Below are positions 1 to 9,110 of a stretch of 64,000 nt of DNA, one piece after another. Origin of the DNA: Patescibacteria group bacterium. Its GTDB lineage: Bacteria; Patescibacteriota; Patescibacteriia; UM-FILTER-42-10. The first letter of the stretch is position 1, and every line of letters begins with the position of its first letter. Both the position numbers and the translations under genes were made by a program. The stretch lies in assembly GCA_041664365.1 (NCBI GenBank), contig JBAYKW010000001.1, positions 7,168 through 71,167 of the forward strand, given 5' to 3'. The notes beneath the pieces are model-generated. The model saw only the letters and a list, made by a program, of their open reading frames with translations. It had not been told where the DNA came from and did not search any database.

Positions 1-1
1 T

Positions 2-2614
2 TATGCACTGGAAGTTGGACTTGATTCCGGATTCAAACTGCTTTCAAGTATCGATCAATGGATGCTCCTAAAAAAGCATCTGGATGAATTTGAACTGAAA
101 TATTACAAACCGCTCGGCAACCCTACCAGATTTATTTATGCGCTGATCCAGCATTTCTCCCGCGTAAAAGACGAACATGTTTCGGCAAAAGAATATCTGG
201 CTTACGCACGGAAATTAAACAGCCGAAAAAACCTGAAACCGGATGAGAAGGAAGATGCGGAAAAGATATTGGAAGTGGCAAAAGCTTATCAGCAGTACCA
301 GTTGCTGTTGCAAAAAAACGGATATCTGGATTTTGGCGATCTAATCATACAAACTCTTGAGCTATTTAAAAAAAGAAAAAAAGTATTGGAGCAATTCAGG
401 AAGAAGTTCAAATACATATTGGTAGATGAATTCCAGGATACTAACTATGCTCAATATGAATTGATCAAGATATTGGCATCTCCTAAAAACAACATAACGG
501 TTGTGGGTGATGATGACCAGGCGATCTATCGTTTCCGCGGGGCATCCATGAGTAATATTTTGGAATTTAAAAAAGATTATCCGAAATCAAAAGAAGTTGT
601 ATTAATTAATAACTACCGTTCCCGGCAAAATATTTTGGACTTGTCTTATGAATTTATCCAGAAGAATAATCCGAACCGCCTGGAATATCAGCTGAAACAG
701 GATGCCGTGCAGAAGAAAAATCCGAAGATAAAAAAAGTGAGTAAAAAACTGGTTTCAAAAATTGATGGTGAAGGAATTATCAAACATATTGAATCAGATA
801 CTCAAGAAGATGAAGTGTTCAATATTTTGCGGGAAATTGAAAAGATTAAAAAAAGCGATCCGAAACTGACCTGGAATGATTTTGCAATACTAGTACGCGC
901 GAACAGCCAGGCGGATATTTTTGTAAATGTTTTTACCAACCAGGAAATTCCCTACCAATACGTAGCCGCCCGCGGTCTTTACCAGCAGCCCGAAATTCTG
1001 GATATCATCGCCTGGCTCAAGATGCTGGATAACTATCATGAAAGCCCGTCGCTATTCCGTGTTTTATCAATAGATCTGTTTAAAATAAAAACATCAGATT
1101 TGATCAATCTTTCCAATGAAGCAAAGAAGAAACGCATCTCGCTTTATGAAGTGATAGAAAGTCATCAGGAAGTCGGCGGGATTAGCCAGGATACCAGAAA
1201 ATCCTTAAACTATATTTTGGATCTGATAAAAAAACAGACAGCACTCGCCAAGGAAAAATCGGTCGGGCAAATCTGTTTTGAATTTCTTAAGGCAATCGGT
1301 TATTTGAATAAAATGAGCACTAAAGATGCTGAGGGGTATCACATTAAAATTCAGAATATCAGCAAGTTTTTTCGTAAAGTCCAGGACTTTGAGCGCAATA
1401 ACGAAGACAAGTCAGTGAAAAAATTCATGGAAGAACTGGAATTGGTTATTGATGTCGGTAACGATCCCGCGCCCGCGCAGATGGAAGAGGGGCCGGAAAG
1501 TATAAAGATAATGACAGTACACGGAGCGAAAGGTTTGGAGTTCTCTTATGTATTTATCGCCAATCTGGTGGATAAGCGTTTTCCCAGCATTGAGCGCCGT
1601 GAGCAGATTGAAGTTCCCGGTAAACTGATTAAGGAAATTATTCCGGAAGGGGATATTCACTTGCAGGAAGAGCGCCGGCTTTTTTATGTTGCCTGCACGC
1701 GGGCGCGGAAAGGCCTTTTCTTCAGTTCCGCCAAAGACGTGGGCGGAAAGACTGCCAAAAAACCATCACGGTTTTTATTTGAGATTGATATGGTAAAAGG
1801 GGAAAGATCGGAAAAATCTGAACAGCTGAATCTGGGATTTGATATTGTCAGGAAGAAAAATTTGAAAGTTGAAAAAATTAAATATCCGCTGCCAAAAACA
1901 TTCAGCTACTCTCAACTCAAGGCCTACGAAAAATGCCCGAAGCAGTATAAATATATGTTTATTTGGAAAGTTCCGGTTTTGACCGGGCGTCACACCTACA
2001 GCTTCGGTACCTCGGTGCATAATACATTAAAAGCGTTTTATGCTTTAGCACAGCAGGGGCATAAACCCACCAAAGCGCAGCTGATGAAGTTGTACGAGGA
2101 AAACTGGATTGATGACTGGTATGACTCCCGCCAGCATATGCAGGAAAGAAAAAAAGCAGGAAAGCTGATGCTGGAGGAATATTTCAAGACCAATAAAATA
2201 ATCAAGGCTCCTGTATTTCTGGAAAAGGGTTTCAATCTGAAAATCGGTGATTATTCATTCCGGGGGTTTATTGACCGGGTTGATTCTTTGGATAAGGAAT
2301 CCGTGGAGATTATCGATTATAAAACAGGCAAGAAGCCGGCGCGTAAAACGGAAATTGACCATGAACAGCTGATGATTTATCATATAGCTATGCAGGAGGT
2401 CTTTAAAATGAAGCCTGCAGAACTTAGTTTATATTTTTTGGACGGTAATGTTAAATATTCATTTACGGCATCGGTAAAAGACATTGAAGATCTGAAAGTA
2501 AAGATTATCGAATCGATCAAAGAAATTGAAAAAGGGGATTTTACTCCGGCACCGACCATTTATAAATGTGCGACTTGTGATTTCAGGGAAATCTGCGAGG
2601 ATCGTGCTGTATAA
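2..2614 (+). CDS. SF1 UvrD/PcrA-family DNA helicase (5'-partial, runs off window start) fused to a C-terminal PD-(D/E)xK Cas4/AddB-like nuclease domain
   Basis: ORF is open to position 2. Helicase motifs VDEFQDTNYAQYELI, VVGDDDQAIYRFRGA, TVHGAKGLEFSYVFI and RLFYVACTRAR. C-terminus has IIDYKTGK and a four-Cys cluster (CPKQ…CATCDFREIC) typical of Cas4/AddB nucleases. Walker A is missing, presumably upstream. Confidence 0.75.
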   Translation, partial: YALEVGLDSGFKLLSSIDQWMLLKKHLDEFELKYYKPLGNPTRFIYALIQHFSRVKDEHVSAKEYLAYARKLNSRKNLKPDEKEDAEKILEVAKAYQQYQLLLQKNGYLDFGDLIIQTLELFKKRKKVLEQFRKKFKYILVDEFQDTNYAQYELIKILASPKNNITVVGDDDQAIYRFRGASMSNILEFKKDYPKSKEVVLINNYRSRQNILDLSYEFIQKNNPNRLEYQLKQDAVQKKNPKIKKVSKKLVSKIDGEGIIKHIESDTQEDEVFNILREIEKIKKSDPKLTWNDFAILVRANSQADIFVNVFTNQEIPYQYVAARGLYQQPEILDIIAWLKMLDNYHESPSLFRVLSIDLFKIKTSDLINLSNEAKKKRISLYEVIESHQEVGGISQDTRKSLNYILDLIKKQTALAKEKSVGQICFEFLKAIGYLNKMSTKDAEGYHIKIQNISKFFRKVQDFERNNEDKSVKKFMEELELVIDVGNDPAPAQMEEGPESIKIMTVHGAKGLEFSYVFIANLVDKRFPSIERREQIEVPGKLIKEIIPEGDIHLQEERRLFYVACTRARKGLFFSSAKDVGGKTAKKPSRFLFEIDMVKGERSEKSEQLNLGFDIVRKKNLKVEKIKYPLPKTFSYSQLKAYEKCPKQYKYMFIWKVPVLTGRHTYSFGTSVHNTLKAFYALAQQGHKPTKAQLMKLYEENWIDDWYDSRQHMQERKKAGKLMLEEYFKTNKIIKAPVFLEKGFNLKIGDYSFRGFIDRVDSLDKESVEIIDYKTGKKPARKTEIDHEQLMIYHIAMQEVFKMKPAELSLYFLDGNVKYSFTASVKDIEDLKVKIIESIKEIEKGDFTPAPTIYKCATCDFREICEDRAV

Positions 2615-2619
2615 AATAT

Positions 2620-5175
2620 ATGATTACAATCAATCAGGAACAAATTGAAAAGATTTCGGGATTGTCAGCCGAAGCCGTGTTGGAGAAGCAGACAAAGTAC
2701 GGTTACAATGAGCTGAATTCCCAGAAGAAACATAATATATTTCAAATCCTTTTTGAAGTTATCAAAGAGCCGATGCTGGCTCTTTTGATTTCCATCAGTG
2801 TTATCTACCTCTTCTTAGGCGAGCAAAAAGACGCCTTTGTTTTAATGTTCGCGGTGGTGGGAGTAGTCGGCATCACACTGTTTCAAAAACGCAAAACAGA
2901 AAGAGCGCTAGACGCTTTAAAAAATTTATCCAGTCCTCGTGCATTGGTGATTCGTGAGGGAAAACAAATCAGGATTCCCGGCAGAGATGTGGTAAAAGAA
3001 GATATTATGGTTTTGGCCGAAGGAGACAGGGTGCCGGCGGATGCAGTAATTCTTTCCAGCGTTAATCTGCAGGTAGATGAATCATTATTAACCGGTGAAT
3101 CGCTTTCGGTAAAGAAAACGCAATATGAAGGGCAGGATCTGCCGAAAAGACCCGGTGGGGATAATCTGCCCTACGTTTATTCAGGCACGCTGGTTGTTCA
3201 AGGTAAAGCAACAGCCAGAGTTGAAGCAATCGGCGCGGATACGGAAATGGGGAAAATCGGCAAGGCGCTGGATTCCATAAAAGAAGAGGATACCCTACTG
3301 CAGAAAGAAACCGCCCGGCTGGTGCGTTATATCGGCAGTATCGGTTTGTTGCTTTGTGTTTTAATATTTCTGATCTACGGGCTGGCAAGAGGGGAATGGA
3401 TTGCCGGTTTACTGTCCGGTCTGACTTTAGCCATGGGAATACTGCCGGAAGAGTTTCCGATTGTTCTGTTAATATTTTTAGCCCTAGGAGCATGGCGGAT
3501 ATCAAAGAGAAATGTTTTGACCAGGCGCATGCCGGCGATTGAGACTTTGGGAGCCGCTACTGTTTTATGTGTCGACAAAACCGGAACAATCACACAGAAC
3601 AGAATGTCTTTAAATACTATTTATGTTGATGGTGAATACTATGACGTCGCTGAAAAAAAATCATTGCCGGAAAAATTCCACTCACTTTTAGAATATGCCA
3701 TGCTGGCCAGTCAGGAAGACCCATTTGATCCGATAGAACAGGAAATTAAAAAAGTAACTGTGGGTCTTCTTGAAAATACCGAGCATATCCATAAAGCATG
3801 GCAATTGAATAAGGAATACCCATTTACTAAAGAACTGCTTTCCATTGCGCACGTTTGGGAATCCAAAGATATGAAGGAATACACTGTCGCCGCCAAGGGC
3901 GCTCCGGAAACAATCGCTGATCTGTGTCATTTTACGACGGAAGAATTCAAAGAGCTTGAGGAAAAAATTAATGTTTTGGCCAATCGCGGTCTTCGGCTTC
4001 TCGGAGTGGCGAAGGCGACTTTTGAAAAAACAAATCTGCCTCAATCACAACATGATTTCAAATTTGAATTCGTGGGACTGCTCGGATTCTTAGATCCAAT
4101 CCGTACGCAGGTACCGGGCGCATTGCAGGAAGCATACAGCGCAGGTATTCGTGTAATTATGATTACCGGTGACTATCCGGGAACTGCCAGTTTTATTGCC
4201 CGGCAGATCGGGTTGAAAGATCCGGATAATTTTATCACCGGTCCACAGCTGGAAGCGATGAGCGCGGAAGAATTGAAAATTAAAATTGATTCGGTAAATG
4301 TTTTTAGCCGGGTTGTACCGGAACAGAAGCTGGCGATAGTCAATGCCTTGAAGGCACATGGTGAAATTGTGGCGATGACCGGCGACGGGGTAAATGATGC
4401 CCCTGCTCTGAAGTCGGCAAATGTCGGTATCGCTATGGGTAAAAGGGGAACAGATGTTGCACGTGAAGCCGCTTCACTTGTTTTACTGGATGATGATTTT
4501 ACTTCAATCATCCAGGCGGTAAAGCGGGGGAGGATTATTTTCAAAAATCTAAAAGAGGCCATATCGTATATCTTCGCGGTACATGTGCCGATCGCCGGAC
4601 TGGCATTTTTACCAGTTCTGTTTGGCATGCCGGTTATTCTCCTACCGATTCATATTACTTTCTTGGAATTGATTATTGATCCTGCCTGCACGATTGTTTT
4701 TGAAGCGGACCAGGCGGAAAAAGATGTTATGAAGCGCCACCCTCGGAATTTGAAAGAGCCATTATTTAATCGTAAGGCACTATTTTTTAGTCTAATTCAA
4801 GGGTTGAGTGTATTGATGATTACATTTGCGATTTATTTAATTACTTTAAACATTGGCAGAGGAGAACTTGAGGCTAGGACGCTGACATTTATCAGCCTGG
4901 TTGTAGGTAACTTGATTATGATTGCGGTAAATCTGTCCTGGTCGGAAAGTATCTTGAGTATTTTCAAATCTTCCAATCGCATAATGTGGTTGGTAATATC
5001 CGGCACGCTTGCTTCGTTAGTATTGATTTTTTCAGTTCCCTGGTTGACTGATCTGTTTCATATGTCCAGGATGAATTTGCAGAATGTGGTTTTGATTCTG
5101 ATATTTGGTATAGTTGTTGTATTCTGGTTTGAGCTCATGAAGAAGATTTTCAAGAGAAAGTATAAGGAGATTTAA
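2620..5175 (+). CDS. P-type (E1-E2) cation-transporting ATPase, P2/Ca2+-Mg2+-like
   Basis: Motifs TGES, CVDKTGTITQN (DKTGT phosphorylation site) and MTGDGVNDAPAL. Multiple transmembrane segments at both ends. 851 aa. Confidence 0.85.
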   Translation: MITINQEQIEKISGLSAEAVLEKQTKYGYNELNSQKKHNIFQILFEVIKEPMLALLISISVIYLFLGEQKDAFVLMFAVVGVVGITLFQKRKTERALDALKNLSSPRALVIREGKQIRIPGRDVVKEDIMVLAEGDRVPADAVILSSVNLQVDESLLTGESLSVKKTQYEGQDLPKRPGGDNLPYVYSGTLVVQGKATARVEAIGADTEMGKIGKALDSIKEEDTLLQKETARLVRYIGSIGLLLCVLIFLIYGLARGEWIAGLLSGLTLAMGILPEEFPIVLLIFLALGAWRISKRNVLTRRMPAIETLGAATVLCVDKTGTITQNRMSLNTIYVDGEYYDVAEKKSLPEKFHSLLEYAMLASQEDPFDPIEQEIKKVTVGLLENTEHIHKAWQLNKEYPFTKELLSIAHVWESKDMKEYTVAAKGAPETIADLCHFTTEEFKELEEKINVLANRGLRLLGVAKATFEKTNLPQSQHDFKFEFVGLLGFLDPIRTQVPGALQEAYSAGIRVIMITGDYPGTASFIARQIGLKDPDNFITGPQLEAMSAEELKIKIDSVNVFSRVVPEQKLAIVNALKAHGEIVAMTGDGVNDAPALKSANVGIAMGKRGTDVAREAASLVLLDDDFTSIIQAVKRGRIIFKNLKEAISYIFAVHVPIAGLAFLPVLFGMPVILLPIHITFLELIIDPACTIVFEADQAEKDVMKRHPRNLKEPLFNRKALFFSLIQGLSVLMITFAIYLITLNIGRGELEARTLTFISLVVGNLIMIAVNLSWSESILSIFKSSNRIMWLVISGTLASLVLIFSVPWLTDLFHMSRMNLQNVVLILIFGIVVVFWFELMKKIFKRKYKEI

Positions 5176-5259
5176 ATAATAATCATTAGGGTGCGAAAAG
5201 AAGTTAAGAAATTATAAATGCAATTCTACTCATAAAGGAAATTAACAATCATAAATATT

Positions 5260-6279
5260 ATGGATGTAATAGCTACAATCTGGAAGGTACCATATTATTA
5301 TGACCGTAATCAGCGGATGATAGATAGGGGTGTGGATTGTTTTAGGGTGAAATGCTCACACAACAGTGCTGATGAAATTATAAATTGCCTGCGGTCTGCC
5401 CGTAAACAGATTAATCAGAGCGGAAAACCAGTAAGACTATTAGCCGATCTTCCGGAAGCCAAAATTCGTTTGGGAGAATTCCCGCAAGAAAAAATTAATT
5501 TACCAGAAGATTATCAGTGTCTTTTCAAAAAAGCACAAAATTCTTCGGATCCTCTGGAATTTATTCCAATTAGAAATGAGAACGTAGGGAAATATTTGAT
5601 TGTGGGGGATGAATTTTATTTAGGGGACGGGCAATTATCATTTACGGTGATTAAAATTAATAGTACCAATGAATTTGTTGCAAGGACCAACAATTCCGGC
5701 AGGCTTATTTTTCGGTCTTCTATGACCATACCAAAGATGATGGATGAGATTAATCACATTACCCCATTTCTCGATGAAATAATCCCTCGGCTTCCCGAGG
5801 CTCAACCCGAAATGGTCGCTTTTTCTTTTGTTAGTTCCAAGGAAATGCTCCAGGAATTATTAACTAAATTGTCTAAATACACAACTCCTGATTGGCAGCC
5901 AAAAATAATCGCAAAAATTGAATCTCAAGCAGGAGTGGAAAATATTGATGAAATATTGGAATTGGCGGACGGGATTATGGTGGCAAGGGGAGATTTAGCA
6001 TTAACTATGCCCTATGCAAAATTGGGGATTACTCAAAAAATGTTAGTAAGCAAAGCACGCAGTGCCGGAAAGTACGTAATTGTTGCTACACAAGTCTTGC
6101 AGTCTTTACTTGATAATTATCTTCCGATGCGTTCTGACATATTGGATATCACTAATATGTGTTTAGATGGAGCATCTGCCGTAATGCTTTGCGCTGAAAC
6201 GTCACATAGTGATCATCCAGAGAGAGCGGTAGAGGTTGCCAAAGAAATAATAACCGCGGTGAATAATACTATAGTTTAA
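5260..6279 (+). CDS. pyruvate kinase-like protein (barrel domain only, lacks C-terminal regulatory domain)
   Basis: Signature KIIAKIESQAGVENIDEIL…MVARGDL and an N-terminal CFRVKCSHNS…GKPVRLLADLPEAKIRLG stretch resemble pyruvate kinase. At 339 aa it is about 130 aa shorter than typical pyruvate kinase. Confidence 0.55.
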   Translation: MDVIATIWKVPYYYDRNQRMIDRGVDCFRVKCSHNSADEIINCLRSARKQINQSGKPVRLLADLPEAKIRLGEFPQEKINLPEDYQCLFKKAQNSSDPLEFIPIRNENVGKYLIVGDEFYLGDGQLSFTVIKINSTNEFVARTNNSGRLIFRSSMTIPKMMDEINHITPFLDEIIPRLPEAQPEMVAFSFVSSKEMLQELLTKLSKYTTPDWQPKIIAKIESQAGVENIDEILELADGIMVARGDLALTMPYAKLGITQKMLVSKARSAGKYVIVATQVLQSLLDNYLPMRSDILDITNMCLDGASAVMLCAETSHSDHPERAVEVAKEIITAVNNTIV

Positions 6280-6398
6280 ACTAATAACATCGTTTAAGTA
6301 TTTATATGAAGTAATAGTGTCGGGTCTTGACACTTTTTTTATTTTTTGTAATATGTAGTCTCGCGCATAAATGGTTTCTGATCTGAAGGAGTCAGCTG

Positions 6399-6572
6399 AT
6401 GACTAAAGAGCAGGGCGACAGACTGCCCACACCCCCTTCACAAACCGACCATCATGGTCAAAAGCCTCTTGCGACGACCTCCGATTTCGAAAGGGTTCAA
6501 CAGTTCTCTGATGAGTTCCTGGAGACCTACGGCGGCCACGATCAGATCCCTCAAGGTCTCTTTCTCGGCTAG
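6399..6572 (+). CDS. small hypothetical protein (57 aa) in GC-rich island
   Basis: ATG sits 7 nt after a perfect AAGGAG. It is below the ORF-track cutoff. GC-rich like the neighbouring 648-aa gene. Overlapping alternative frames exist on both strands, so the call is weak. Confidence 0.3.
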   Translation: MTKEQGDRLPTPPSQTDHHGQKPLATTSDFERVQQFSDEFLETYGGHDQIPQGLFLG

Positions 6573-6751
6573 ATGCCTCATTGGCGGCCGTCTGTGCGGG
6601 CTTCCGGCCTTCATTGAGGTTTCGCACCCTCGGACCAATCTCTCCGGTCCGGAGCCCCCGACCTAATAAGCTGCGCGCGGATCGCTCGTTCTCGGGCCTT
6701 GCTGTTGTTTTTGACAGCGGGCCTTATTTTATTTGCATTGAAATTCGCCTT

Positions 6752-6817
6752 GGGGTCTTGACCCCGTTAGAGAAATTCTCTAACGGGGTTGACAAAATGA
6801 GTGTTTTGCTGTATGAT
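6752..6817 (+). promoter_or_regulatory. overlapping palindromes (ggggtcttgacccc; ccccgttagagaa/ttctctaacgggg) directly abutting a TTGACA-N17-TATGAT promoter
   Basis: TTGACA at 6789-6794, a 17-nt spacer, and TATGAT at 6812-6817. The 13-nt inverted-repeat arms are at 6762-6774 and 6776-6788. Confidence 0.45.
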
Positions 6818-6916
6818 GACACGTTTGCAGTATTGTCACAGTGACAGTACCTGTGAGCAGTCTACAGCGTTTCACTCCGAAGCGCGTAGACAGTACCTTA
6901 GCTAGGGGAGAGTGTC

Positions 6917-8863
6917 ATGCCGTATTTCCTTCAGGCACTGCTCGTAAGCGTCGTCTCCATCATGGTGCCGATCGCTTTCGGCGCTGTGCTGAAGTACCAC
7001 CGTCCCACAATCGCTTGGGCAGGTGGTTTCCTTGCCACTGTCCTGTACACTCTCATCGTGTTCTGGCTTTTCTGGAGCGGCGCTGTCGGCGTGTACGGAC
7101 CGACTCCGTTCGCTGATGCGCTCATCTTCGGGTTCGCCCTGTCGGGTGTCTTCATCGGCCTCGGGAGCGCCAAAGGGGGGTACAGAAACGAGTTCTCCGG
7201 CCGGAGTGTCATTGGCTTCGGCTCGGGCTGTGCTGCGATGCTGTGGGTGCTCGGCGTGAGCGTGTTCGGATCTTCGGACATGGTGCATGCCGAGAAGAAG
7301 GCAAGGGTGATCGGTACGGTCGCGGAAGTGACCGAGATCGCTGACGTCATCCAGCCCGCGGATCCGGCACACATCTGTCTTGTGTCCGAGTCGATCGCGC
7401 GCGTGAAGGCCAACCAGGCGCTGTCCGAGTTCAAGATGGACGGCGGTGTGGTGGCAGGATCGCGTTTCAAGATCGGTGACCCGACGAAGCAGTTCGTCTC
7501 CGGACAGCTGTGGTGGATCTTCCCGGTGGAGTTCCAGGGCTGGCTCAAGTGGCGTCAGTCCAAGGAAGTCCCCGGCTATATCCGCGTTTCGGCGGAAGAT
7601 CCGTACACGGAAGGTCAGGCTGTTCAGCAGGATAGCAACGGGCAGCCGATCGTCATCCGGTATCTGGAGAGCGCCTGCTGGGAGTTCCGGGCTGACCGCT
7701 ACCTGCGGGGACACGGGTATATGAGCGTGATCCTGAAGGATTTCACGTTCGAGGTAGACGACAACTGGCGTCCGTTCTATACGGTTTCAGTCATGAAAAG
7801 AACCGTCGGTTACGCCGGCGAAATCACGACCGGAGTCGTCACGCTTGATCTGCAGACCGGCGATGCCAATCCCTACGGTATCGCGAACCTCCCTTCGTGG
7901 ATCGACCGCGGTGTTCCGCTCGACGTGATCGACAAGAATCTCAAGCGCTGGGCGAAGTACCGGCTTGAGGGATGGTGGTACTGCCTCCTACACAACGACA
8001 AGTCGATGGAACCAACGGAAGGATGGTTCCTGATCACCGATCCCGACGGTACCAGTCAGTGGTTCACTGGGCTCACCTCAACCAACGCGGGCGACGAGGC
8101 ACTCACCGGCTACACGGTTTCGGACACACGCACAGGTCTCACGACATACGTGAAGGCCCAGGGTGTGACCGAGTCTGTCTCGGCTCAGGCTGCGAAGTCG
8201 CTCTGGAGCAACTTCGATGGGTACGAACCGACCGAGCTCGTTCCGTACAATCTCTATGGACGTCTGACGTATGTCATTCCGATGGCGTACAACGGACAGT
8301 TCAAGGGCGTCAGTCTCGTCTCGCTCTCCAACCAGGAGGTTGCGGCGAAGGGAGCGACGCTTGAAGAGGCGCTTCGTGAATACCGCAATGCGCTCGCGCG
8401 TTCGGGCAGTAATGCCCTTGCACCGAGCGGTGGAGACCTCGCGCAGCTGACAATCACCGGCGTGGTGGGGCGGGTCGGGCAGCCGATCAGCCAGCAGACT
8501 GGGCAGCCGGTCATTCCGTTCACGATTGATGGCGTGGCCAAGGTGTTCACGGCCATCTACACGTACGACAATCCTGCCGTACTCGTGATGCGATCCGGCG
8601 ACGCTGTGACAGTCGAGTACCTCCAGACTGGCGAACGCGTGATCGCTTGCGAATCGGTGATCCTGTCGGGCATCCCGATTTCCGACGAGAACCCGGTGCA
8701 GGCACGCGCGAATGAACATCGTGCAATCGCCGATCGTGAACGCGGTCGGATCGATACGCAGCAGGAGCGTAACCAACTTCTCGAGAGCAACCGGATGAAC
8801 AACGTTGATCCGGAAGCACTCAAGAAGTTCCTCGACAGCCAGTCCGACAGCACTGCTCATTAG
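6917..8863 (+). CDS. GC-rich polytopic membrane protein (4 N-terminal TM helices plus ~500-aa extracytoplasmic domain), function unknown
   Basis: 648-aa ORF in DNA visibly far more GC-rich than the flanks. GGGGAGAG lies before the ATG. Hydrophobic N-terminus. No family recognised. Antisense ORFs in this span are shadow ORFs. Confidence 0.7.
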   Translation: MPYFLQALLVSVVSIMVPIAFGAVLKYHRPTIAWAGGFLATVLYTLIVFWLFWSGAVGVYGPTPFADALIFGFALSGVFIGLGSAKGGYRNEFSGRSVIGFGSGCAAMLWVLGVSVFGSSDMVHAEKKARVIGTVAEVTEIADVIQPADPAHICLVSESIARVKANQALSEFKMDGGVVAGSRFKIGDPTKQFVSGQLWWIFPVEFQGWLKWRQSKEVPGYIRVSAEDPYTEGQAVQQDSNGQPIVIRYLESACWEFRADRYLRGHGYMSVILKDFTFEVDDNWRPFYTVSVMKRTVGYAGEITTGVVTLDLQTGDANPYGIANLPSWIDRGVPLDVIDKNLKRWAKYRLEGWWYCLLHNDKSMEPTEGWFLITDPDGTSQWFTGLTSTNAGDEALTGYTVSDTRTGLTTYVKAQGVTESVSAQAAKSLWSNFDGYEPTELVPYNLYGRLTYVIPMAYNGQFKGVSLVSLSNQEVAAKGATLEEALREYRNALARSGSNALAPSGGDLAQLTITGVVGRVGQPISQQTGQPVIPFTIDGVAKVFTAIYTYDNPAVLVMRSGDAVTVEYLQTGERVIACESVILSGIPISDENPVQARANEHRAIADRERGRIDTQQERNQLLESNRMNNVDPEALKKFLDSQSDSTAH

Positions 8864-8908
8864 TCCTTCGGGACCGCTACGAAGCCAGCGCTTGGCTTCC
8901 GCAAGACC

Positions 8909-8960
8909 CTATCATCCTCACCGATGATGCGATACCGGGGTCTTTTTCTTTTGTGTAATT
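8909..8960 (+). terminator. bipartite hairpin (gaccc/tatcatc…gatgatg/ggggtc) followed by tttttctttt
   Basis: Imperfect nested stem ending at ccggggtc, followed by a T-rich run, immediately 3' of the GC-rich gene. Confidence 0.35.
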
Positions 8961-8967
8961 TTCCTAT

Positions 8968-8996
8968 TTGACACAAAGTCAATCTTATGGTATGAT
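8968..8996 (+). promoter_or_regulatory. TTGACA-N17-TATGAT promoter upstream of M4 protease gene
   Basis: TTGACA at 8968-8973, exact 17-nt spacer, TATGAT at 8991-8996. Confidence 0.4.
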
Positions 8997-9110
8997 ATCA
9001 ATATTAATATGTGACTAAATAAATAAACATGTGGATTTATTATCCATTTCTGCAATCAACCCGACAATATGATTTGGTTGTTTTTGTTTATGTTGACTAA
9101 ATAGTACATC

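Noticed and set aside
3062-4628. Antisense ORFs within the P-type ATPase gene (3062..3505-, 4173..4628- and others)
   Set aside because: Embedded in a well-supported 851-aa coding sequence with strong motifs on the + strand; no independent support.
6902-8860. Long antisense ORFs inside the GC-rich membrane-protein gene (6902..7714-, 6931..7548-, 8078..8860- and others)
   Set aside because: GC-rich DNA is poor in stop codons on all frames. These are shadow ORFs of the 648-aa + strand gene, with no RBS and compositionally biased Arg/Ala/Pro-rich products.
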